Source: Armatimonadota bacterium (GTDB lineage: Bacteria > Armatimonadota > Zipacnadia > Zipacnadales > UBA5352). Taken from it: DNA of 17,831 nucleotides. The DNA lies in assembly GCA_034722055.1 (NCBI GenBank), contig JAYENL010000315.1, positions 1 to 17,831 of the forward strand, in the 5' to 3' direction. Below, piece by piece: positions 7,745 to 14,610 of the stretch; positions within the stretch are counted from its first letter, which is position 1; each line of letters begins with the position of its first letter. The notes below the pieces were generated by a model. The model was given only the letters and a program-made list of their open reading frames with translations. It was not told where the DNA came from and ran no database searches. The position numbers were made by a program, and so were the translations under genes.

Positions 7745-7871
7745 ACCTGACAGACTACCCGGCGACTGCCCCAAGTGCGGCTCGGCGTGCTGCACCCGTT
7801 CGGAGCAGGTTGCCGGCGCGACCGGCGCGGCGGGGAGATATCTGGCATTGGCGGCGGACTCGAGCAGGCAC

Positions 7872-7898
7872 TTCGACCTGACTACACGCAATACCTGC
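7872..7898 (-). promoter_or_regulatory. Sigma-H-like promoter (distal) upstream of the PAP2 gene
   Basis: Minus strand GCAGG(7898-7894)-N18-CGAA(7875-7872). Confidence 0.5.
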
Positions 7899-7925
7899 GT
7901 GGTGCTGAAGGAGCACATGACCACG

Positions 7926-8250
7926 AACGACCAGGCGGGAGCAGAGACGCCCGCCCAAACGCGACGGCGGACGACAACCGCGGGCGGGCAAGGAAGCCCG
8001 CCCCTCCAAACGGCACGGCAGGCGCCCTCTGTCTGCTGTGTTCGTCGCGTAGGTCGGGCTTCCAGCCCGACAACTGAGTAACGGACACGGCTGACGGCGC
8101 ACGACGGACGCATCTGAAGATACGTCCCTCCGGAGGGCTCAACGACAACGGCCGGGCGGGAGCGGAGGCCCGCCCCTCCAAACGCGCCGGCGGACGACAA
8201 CCGCGGGCGGGCAAGGAGGCCCGCCCCTCCGTACGACATTACGACAACCG
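7926..8250. repeat. Cluster of REP-like palindromes containing an imperfect ~83-bp direct repeat
   Basis: GTAG-GTCGGGCT-TCC-AGCCCGAC at 8049-8071 (+). GGAG-GGACGTATCT-TC-AGATGCGTCC at 8131-8106 (-). Four GGCGGG..CCCGCC hairpins, three followed by CTCC (GGAG on the minus strand). Block 7926-8007 is repeated at 8147-8230. Confidence 0.8.
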
Positions 8251-8323
8251 ATGACGAGCAGATTCGGTCGGTGCACAGACCCCGGCGCTTCAGAGGACAA
8301 CGGCCAGGCGCTGCCAGAGGCTC

Positions 8324-11305
8324 TCACTGGGCGGGCTGGCGGATGATGGCCGCGCTGTAGCCCTCCGCGATGCGCAGCTCCGTGAAGGTGCTCCCATCCC
8401 TGGTCTGCAGTGGGGCGTCGAAGCCCTCGACCTCGCGGCCGTCCTCATCGAAGACGCGCACCTCGTGCCGCGAATCGTCGCCCCAACCGAAGAGACCGCT
8501 GCGGTTGGTGATGATCCGCTCCTCGCCGATGATGTACCCCTCGTGCAGCTCCACGGGCGTGATCGGGAACATGTGGCTGGCGAGCGTGGGGTACTCCGGG
8601 AAGACGCGCTGGCTGTACCAGTTGTAGACGCAGCCGTAGTCGAGGGCCCTGACCATCCAGTGGTAGGCGTCCTGGATGGTGCGCTCAGTGCGGTGGTCGC
8701 CGAGGGCGATCGGGCTGTAAAGCAGCGTGCGCAGGCAGTTGCTGATGCTGCCCGTCTCTGTGAAGGCCTGGAACTTCAGGGCCGCGAGCGTGCGCGTTCG
8801 CGGCATGCCGTTGGTCACCAGCGGGCCATGCTCCATGATCCGCTGCGCGTGCTTGAGCTGGAAGGGCAGCGCGATCAGGCTCACCGCGCTCTTGAGCCGC
8901 TGCACCTGGAAGCTCTCGGGGTCGATGTCCGCGCTGCACCCGTCCCACGGCTCCCCGTAGTGGTACTTGTACTTGCTGTAGGCCACCTCATCCCAGTAGA
9001 CGCCCTCCGCGCCGATCTCGTCGAGGATGATGTCGATGTTCCCCGCCACGGCGGGGCCGAACGTGTTGTCCAGCGTGGGGTTGAAGATGCGCATGTACTC
9101 CCTGCTGTAGATGCCCTGCTCCCCGTTGCTGCGCAGCCGCCGGTCGGCGTGGTACTCGCTCTCGGCCTCATCGCGCACATCCAGGAAGCAGTGAAAGTAG
9201 ACCAGGAACTGCACGTCGGGGCAGAGGCGCCTGATGCGCTGCTTCAGGTCGATGAAGGGCTGGTGATCGACGTGCTGGAAGGCGGTCCCGTGCGGCACCC
9301 GGCCCTTGTAGCGGGTGCGGCCGATGGTGGCGCAGGCGACATCGAGGCCCTTGTTGCGGATGAAGCGCGTCAGCGTCTCGTCATCCCAGCCCTCAGTGAG
9401 CGTGCCGGGGCTGAGGAAGCCGAACTGATGCTGGAGCGTGAAGTTGGAGTCCAGTGCCCGCCGAGCCGCGTTGACGAATGCCCAGAAGTCAGGCTGCGCG
9501 GTGGGCACCACCATCCACTCCGCCGTGTACTCCGCCCCCGGCTGGAGCACGAAGTTGTTGTCCGCCAGACCCAGCACGCCGTCGAGGCACGAGTTGGTGA
9601 CGTGGATGCGGAACTCGTCACTCAGCGGCACCATGCCCAGACCGGCCGCCGCCGTGGTGGCGTAGCTGGACGGGTTGCCCGAGTCCTGGGTAGTGAGGTC
9701 GCCTGACAGAGGATGGATGCCCGCCAGCCAGGCGCCCGCGAAGCGGTCGCCGAGGTCGCAGGCGTGCCGCTGCATCACCGGCACCAGCTCGTCGGTGAGG
9801 TTGGTGAAGCTGTCATGGACGACGATGTGCTCGGCGGAACGCTCGATCCGCCGGGCGTGGCTGAAGTGCTGGCAGCCTCCGGCGTGCCACTGCCCGTCTG
9901 GGGCCGAGAAGCGGCTCTCGATGGTGAACCGCTCGCCGCCGACCTTTACCTCCAGCGTGGCGGGGCCGGTCTGCGTCACCGTGTAGTGCATCGCCAGCTC
10001 GCGCCGGGGCTGGATGACGGGCAGCGGCCCCGTCGGCGCGGGCCTGCGCGGCGGGGGAGGCGGTGGCGGAGCCTTGATGCGAAGCTGCAGGTCGCCCATG
10101 GCGATGTCGCGCTCGCTGCCGGCGTCGGTGAGGCTCTGCACCTGCAGCGTGTTTTCGCCATCTGCCAGCAGGTCGGCGACCTCGAACTCGTACTCGTGGA
10201 TCTTGACGCCCCCCAGCAGGCCGTAGCTCTCGTGGCGGTCCGCAGCCTCGAAGTCCGGGCCGTAGGGCACTGTGACCTCGCCCGTGGGGGCGATAAAGGT
10301 GGCCTCGATGCCGATCTTGCGCATGGACGTGGCCGGCCGGTTGGTCAGGCGCTGCCCCTCAATCGTGGTTCCGTTGAGCGTGAGCCTCAGGCCCGTGGTC
10401 CAGCCGGCCGGCCTCTCGTTGATGATCCGAGCGCGGAAGAACAGGTACGCGGCCTTCTCCGGCGGCACCTCAGGGCCCTCGAAGGTCACCTCGCGCTGCT
10501 CGCCGGCCGGGACCAGCAGCTCGTCGGCGATGGTCACGCCCGCGCTCGGCGGCTCGGCCTCCCCGTCGGCGCTGCCCAGCGCCATGAGCTGCAGCCGGTG
10601 GCGGCTGTGCACCCAGTCCTCCGTGCCCACGGTGATCATCGTCTCCTGGGCCGCCTCGGCAGAGTCGCAATCGGACACGGCCACCTCACCGCTGAAGGCC
10701 AGGCCCTCGGCCGCGGTCACCCCCAGCAGATCGAAGGGCACCATGGCCTCCATGATCCAGCCCTGCGGGATTCGCCTGGCAGCGTACTCCACCGCGCCGG
10801 CGTCCATGCCCTCCGGCCAGTGGCAGTAGACCTCCGGCTGGATGTCGGTCACCGGATCGCCGGTGTCCTGGAAGTTGCCCGGGCTGAAGGCGAGCTGGAA
10901 CTGCCCCTGATCGAAGCCCGACCGGTCGGGCTCGACGTCGTAGGCGAAGTCCAGGTAGACCTCGACGTGATCGCCCTTCCAGATGTCTCGCCCGCGCTGG
11001 GTCTGAGAGAGCATGTCGTCGGTGATGTCCAAGGCCAGGAAGAGCCCCTCGCGGCGCCATGCCGTGTGCACGGTGGCGCTGAGGTCCTCGGGACCGTCCC
11101 ACAGCAGCCGCTTGTAGGTGGCATGCTCGGGGCTGTCGAGGGAGATGGCGCCCGGCACCCCCACCCAGTCGCCCAGATCGCCGTCCACGGCGATGGGCGG
11201 GTCGGGCTTGAGGGGCACGACATGGACCAGCTCCTGCGCGCCGGCGATCCCTGCCGCCAAATGCAGCGAGATCAGCACCACCGTCACCAGACGAAGACCT
11301 CTCAT
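8324..11305 (-). CDS. Secreted 993-aa protein with an N-terminal CBM9-like sugar-binding domain and a putative glycoside-hydrolase-like C-terminal region
   Basis: Signal peptide (AGIAGA-Q), IAVDGDLGDW, LFLALDITDD, WKGDHVEVYLD and WIMEAMVPF (CBM9-like). Poly-Pro linker, then a region with EGVYWDE. GGAGGG RBS. Confidence 0.75.
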   Translation of the reverse strand: MRGLRLVTVVLISLHLAAGIAGAQELVHVVPLKPDPPIAVDGDLGDWVGVPGAISLDSPEHATYKRLLWDGPEDLSATVHTAWRREGLFLALDITDDMLSQTQRGRDIWKGDHVEVYLDFAYDVEPDRSGFDQGQFQLAFSPGNFQDTGDPVTDIQPEVYCHWPEGMDAGAVEYAARRIPQGWIMEAMVPFDLLGVTAAEGLAFSGEVAVSDCDSAEAAQETMITVGTEDWVHSRHRLQLMALGSADGEAEPPSAGVTIADELLVPAGEQREVTFEGPEVPPEKAAYLFFRARIINERPAGWTTGLRLTLNGTTIEGQRLTNRPATSMRKIGIEATFIAPTGEVTVPYGPDFEAADRHESYGLLGGVKIHEYEFEVADLLADGENTLQVQSLTDAGSERDIAMGDLQLRIKAPPPPPPPRRPAPTGPLPVIQPRRELAMHYTVTQTGPATLEVKVGGERFTIESRFSAPDGQWHAGGCQHFSHARRIERSAEHIVVHDSFTNLTDELVPVMQRHACDLGDRFAGAWLAGIHPLSGDLTTQDSGNPSSYATTAAAGLGMVPLSDEFRIHVTNSCLDGVLGLADNNFVLQPGAEYTAEWMVVPTAQPDFWAFVNAARRALDSNFTLQHQFGFLSPGTLTEGWDDETLTRFIRNKGLDVACATIGRTRYKGRVPHGTAFQHVDHQPFIDLKQRIRRLCPDVQFLVYFHCFLDVRDEAESEYHADRRLRSNGEQGIYSREYMRIFNPTLDNTFGPAVAGNIDIILDEIGAEGVYWDEVAYSKYKYHYGEPWDGCSADIDPESFQVQRLKSAVSLIALPFQLKHAQRIMEHGPLVTNGMPRTRTLAALKFQAFTETGSISNCLRTLLYSPIALGDHRTERTIQDAYHWMVRALDYGCVYNWYSQRVFPEYPTLASHMFPITPVELHEGYIIGEERIITNRSGLFGWGDDSRHEVRVFDEDGREVEGFDAPLQTRDGSTFTELRIAEGYSAAIIRQPAQ

Positions 11306-11380
11306 GGCTCAGCCCTCCATCGTCATGACGCCACGCTGCCGCGCCGGCACCGGGATGCAGCTATCGTGCGCTGGATCGAG

Positions 11381-13720
11381 TCACTCCGGCGCCTGCATCC
11401 GCTCCATCAGCGCCTCAACCAGTGGCGCGTTGAGCTCCTCCTGGGACGCGATGAGCTGCACCGGCTTCCAGATGCCGCCCATCGCCTCGCCATCGTGCAC
11501 CCTGACCGCCAGCGTCACCGCGCCGCCGCCCGCCAGCCGCCCGGAGACGTCCACGAGGAAGGGCTCCTTCCACAGCTCCGTGACAGGCCGCCCGGTTGAC
11601 TTCACGGTGTGCTCGCCGACCTGCCGGCCGTCGAGGTAGATCCAGGCCTGCTCGTCCACGGCGCCGAAGTAGAGGTAGTGGTGCGTCGCGGCAGCCTCAG
11701 CGGGGACGCGGATGCGCTGGCGATACCAGGCGTAGCCGTCGTAGCCGGGATGGCCCTGGTCCTCCCACCCCTTCATCCCTAGGTCGCTGCGCTGCTCCTC
11801 CCACCCGGTGGCGTCGAAGTCGCCCTGGTGCCAGCCGCGCTCCATGCCGGTATTCTCGGGGTCCACCGCGAAGCGCCAGGTGTTCGCCAGCGGGAACAGC
11901 CGGGTGGACTCCTGGAGGTCGTCGAGACGCTGGTAGACGTCCCAGTCCGCCCGCCACTCCTCCAGCCGCGGGCCGAGGTGGATCCTCTCCCCCACGTACT
12001 TCATGCCGATCCGGTCCGCGATGGCCTCGAAGCGCTCAAGCAGCCTTGGGTAGCCCTCACCGACGAACTCAGGGCCCCGCTGCAGCTTCACGTACATGAT
12101 GGGCAGGCGGGCCTCCTGGACCCGGTGCAGGATCTCCTCCGACTGCGCCAGGCTCTCGGCGCGGCCGAACAGCTCCTCGGCTGCGTCGAGAAACTGGGGG
12201 GTGAGGAACTCCGAGTCCATGGGATAGCGGATGTTCGGCTGATCCTCGATACTGTGCGTCCGGGCGGTCTCCCGGAGCAGGCGGTCGTAGGCCCCGATCG
12301 GCGGCGCGGCCTCCTGGAAGTAGCCGCAGATGAAGTCACGCCTGAGCTCCTCCACATCGCGTGAGGGGTCCCACATGAGCTTGGCGTAGATCCACGAGCG
12401 CATGAACTGGCGCTCGCGGCCGCGGCTCACCGGATCCTGCTCCATGATGCCGAAGACGCCCCGCTCCGTGAAGAGGCGGATGTTGTCAGCGATGACATCG
12501 ATGTTGGGCATCGGCGCCAGGTAGTGGCTGTAGTTGACGGGGTAGTCCCAGATGGTGACCAGGTCGTGCATGTCCGTCCAGGTGAGGAACCAGTCGATGT
12601 AGGGCTCCTGCTGGCGCACGGGCCGGAAGGGGTAATGCCACATGGTGCGATCGGTGCAGAAGCGGACGGCCACATTCTCGCGAGGCCGCACGGTGGCGGG
12701 CGGCTTGTTGGTGTCGAGATAGGCCAGCGTGGAGACATAGACGTCCGGGCGCTCGCGGCCCACGATCTCCGCCACCCTGTTGACGAAGGTCAGGAGGCTG
12801 CCCGCCCGGCTGCCCTCGGCCTCGTCGAGGGCGGTGCAGCGCTCGCACTGGCAGTAGCCGCGGCCGTCATTGTAGGAGACGCTGATCAGCTCGCAGTCGG
12901 GCCGCTCCTCCAGGCGGCTCAATGCGCTCCGGGCGGCCACGCGAGCGGCCTGGGGGTTGGTGACGCAGAGCTGCCGGGCGGTGCGGCGACCGTTCAGCAG
13001 CGAGAAGTACTCGGGGTGCTCGTCCAGATAGGTCCCGGGCGGCACGAGGGCCCGGAAGGAGTGGCACCAGTAGGCGTAGTTGTAGTGGCCGCCCAGCTCC
13101 TCCGGGATGGGCGCGTGGTTCCCGTTCACGTGGTTACGCAGGCACCAGTCGGCGTCGCGCACCGACCAGCCACGGGTGTTGCGCATGGTGACGGCGGGGA
13201 CGTAGACGCGGGGGACGATGCGCACGCGGATGGTGGGGCGATCCAGCACCGTGCTGGCCCCAGGCGCATACCAGCGGCAGCCCAGGTCCTCCTCCAACAG
13301 CGCGAACACCGCGGAGAGCGGGCCGGTTCGCTCGCCGCCGAGCAGAAACACCCTGGCGCCCTTCACGACGATGGCGTATCCGTCCGGGCCCAGGTCCCAG
13401 CCGCCTCCGGAGCGCCGGTTGGTGTCGCCGACGCTGATTTCCGTGGCGATGGGGTCGGTCGTGTCCAGCACGACCGGGAGCTCGGCCCCGCTCATCTCCT
13501 GCAGCCAGTGTGCCAGCTCGTCCGCCGCACGCTCCTCCTGCGGCGTGGCCTCAACGGGCACGACGATGACGTAGTCCGTCCCGCCGCGCACCGCCAGCTC
13601 GACGGCGCCGGCGGGCTCGCCCTTCGGGGCCAGCGAGTTCCGCCAGCCTGAGCCGGCACACGTGGCCGCTGCCAGCAGCAGCGCGCAGGCCGAGACGATG
13701 GGCACTATGCGAGAGACCAT
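11381..13720 (-). CDS. Secreted DUF4838 domain protein with a C-terminal GH2-type sugar-binding (galactose-binding-like) domain
   Basis: Signal peptide; EERAADEL, LLEEDLGCRWY, HPEYFSL, LCVTNP, NDGRGYCQCERC, TLAY, IWDY and KLMWDP. C-terminal WRFAVDP...YDGYAWYR...LYFGAVDEQAWIYLDG...GGIWKPV. GGAGG RBS. Confidence 0.85.
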   Translation of the reverse strand: MVSRIVPIVSACALLLAAATCAGSGWRNSLAPKGEPAGAVELAVRGGTDYVIVVPVEATPQEERAADELAHWLQEMSGAELPVVLDTTDPIATEISVGDTNRRSGGGWDLGPDGYAIVVKGARVFLLGGERTGPLSAVFALLEEDLGCRWYAPGASTVLDRPTIRVRIVPRVYVPAVTMRNTRGWSVRDADWCLRNHVNGNHAPIPEELGGHYNYAYWCHSFRALVPPGTYLDEHPEYFSLLNGRRTARQLCVTNPQAARVAARSALSRLEERPDCELISVSYNDGRGYCQCERCTALDEAEGSRAGSLLTFVNRVAEIVGRERPDVYVSTLAYLDTNKPPATVRPRENVAVRFCTDRTMWHYPFRPVRQQEPYIDWFLTWTDMHDLVTIWDYPVNYSHYLAPMPNIDVIADNIRLFTERGVFGIMEQDPVSRGRERQFMRSWIYAKLMWDPSRDVEELRRDFICGYFQEAAPPIGAYDRLLRETARTHSIEDQPNIRYPMDSEFLTPQFLDAAEELFGRAESLAQSEEILHRVQEARLPIMYVKLQRGPEFVGEGYPRLLERFEAIADRIGMKYVGERIHLGPRLEEWRADWDVYQRLDDLQESTRLFPLANTWRFAVDPENTGMERGWHQGDFDATGWEEQRSDLGMKGWEDQGHPGYDGYAWYRQRIRVPAEAAATHHYLYFGAVDEQAWIYLDGRQVGEHTVKSTGRPVTELWKEPFLVDVSGRLAGGGAVTLAVRVHDGEAMGGIWKPVQLIASQEELNAPLVEALMERMQAPE

Positions 13721-13793
13721 GCTGATTCCTCCCCTGGCTGTGGCTTGCGAGAGAGAGCTGATGGCCGTGTCGGTGGGCCAATGTGCCCGTCAG

Positions 13794-13820
13794 TTCACCG
13801 TGAATACGCACCAGGCCTCC
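13794..13820 (-). promoter_or_regulatory. Sigma-H-like promoter upstream of the DUF4838 gene (weaker match)
   Basis: Minus strand GGAGG(13820-13816)-N18-TGAA(13797-13794), about 74 nt before the ATG. Confidence 0.4.
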
Positions 13821-13867
13821 CCGGTCAACAACACCGGGCCTTCGGCCGGCCGCTCTCTCCGGCATCA

Positions 13868-14054
13868 CGGCACGGCAGCCCGCCGCTCCGTACGACAAGC
13901 GCGCGTGGCGCGTCGCCGTTCGGGGACGGGTCTTCAGACCCGTCCGCCGTCTGTCGTGCGGTTGTGCCCGTCGGAAGGCTCCACAATGATGGGAGGCGGG
14001 CGCCCCCGCCCGCCTGCGGGCAGAGGCCCGCCCCGCCAACCGCCACGGCAGACG
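13868..14054. repeat. Second, more degenerate REP-like palindrome cluster
   Basis: Perfect hairpin GGACGGGTCT-TC-AGACCCGTCC (13924-13945) and AGGCGGGCG-CCCC-CGCCCGCCT (13994-14015). 13878-13897 matches 8219-8238 at 19/20; 14026-14054 matches 7996-8024 at 25/29. Confidence 0.7.
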
Positions 14055-14080
14055 AGCGGGGCCGGCTGAGGCGCGCACAC

Positions 14081-14106
14081 GCAGGCCATGTCGCGCCGAC
14101 GGCGAA
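14081..14106 (+). promoter_or_regulatory. Sigma-H-like promoter upstream of the flavodoxin gene
   Basis: GCAGG(14081-14085)-N17-CGAA(14103-14106), 56 nt before the ATG. Confidence 0.5.
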
Positions 14107-14162
14107 GAGACAGAATACGCACTCTGCGGGCAGGGATGATCTGTGAGGAGAGGGTGAGGGGC

Positions 14163-14606
14163 ATGGCGAGGATCGCGGTCGTCTACTACTCGAAGACCGG
14201 CAACACCGAGCGGATGGCTGAGCTCATCGCAGAGGGCTGCCGGGAGGTGCCCGGCGTGGAGGTGGAGGTCGTGAAGCTTCCGGGCGTGGACATGGATCGG
14301 CTGCAGGAGGCGGATGGCTACGCCATAGGCTCCCCCGACTACTTCAGCTACATGGCCGGCCACGTGAAGACGCTCTACGACGAGGCCCTGTCGCTCAAGG
14401 AACAGCTCAGCGGCAGGCCCTACGTGGCCTTCTGCACCCATGGCGGTGGAGGCCGGGCGCTGGAGAGCCTGGAGCGCCTCTCGCAGGCCCTCGGGCTGGA
14501 GCAGGTGGCGCCGGGAGAGCTGTGCGCCGGCGCACCCAGCGGGGAGAGCGAGGAGCGGGCACGGAGGCTGGGCCGCAGGCTCGCGGAGGCCGTCGCCGGG
14601 GGCTGA
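14163..14606 (+). CDS. Flavodoxin / WrbA-like FMN-binding protein
   Basis: FMN loop YYSKTGNTERMAE, plus GSPDYF and AFCTHGG. Start at the ATG at 14163 after a purine-rich RBS. Confidence 0.92.
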   Translation: MARIAVVYYSKTGNTERMAELIAEGCREVPGVEVEVVKLPGVDMDRLQEADGYAIGSPDYFSYMAGHVKTLYDEALSLKEQLSGRPYVAFCTHGGGGRALESLERLSQALGLEQVAPGELCAGAPSGESEERARRLGRRLAEAVAGG

Positions 14607-14610
14607 TGGC

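Noticed and set aside
7869..7880. 12-mer CACTTCGACCTG shared with 2303-2292 (minus strand)
   Set aside because: Exact 12-mer matches are expected by chance within 18 kb of GC-rich DNA, and the flanks do not align.
7917..8081. Small ORF MTTNDQAG... preceded by GAAGGAG
   Set aside because: The RBS-ATG spacing is only 3 nt and the ORF runs entirely through REP hairpins with no protein-like features.
7926..8250. CRISPR array interpretation of the repeats
   Set aside because: The units are imperfect and irregularly spaced, the intervening sequences are themselves repeated rather than unique spacers, and no cas genes are present. The GTAG/GGAG+hairpin form fits REPs.
9713..11599. Long antisense ORFs (also 3248-4717, 8465-9706, 12524-13651, 13551-14795, 7082-8239)
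   Set aside because: These are shadow frames of well-supported genes in high-GC DNA. They have no recognisable motifs and show biased R/A/G/P/H/V composition.
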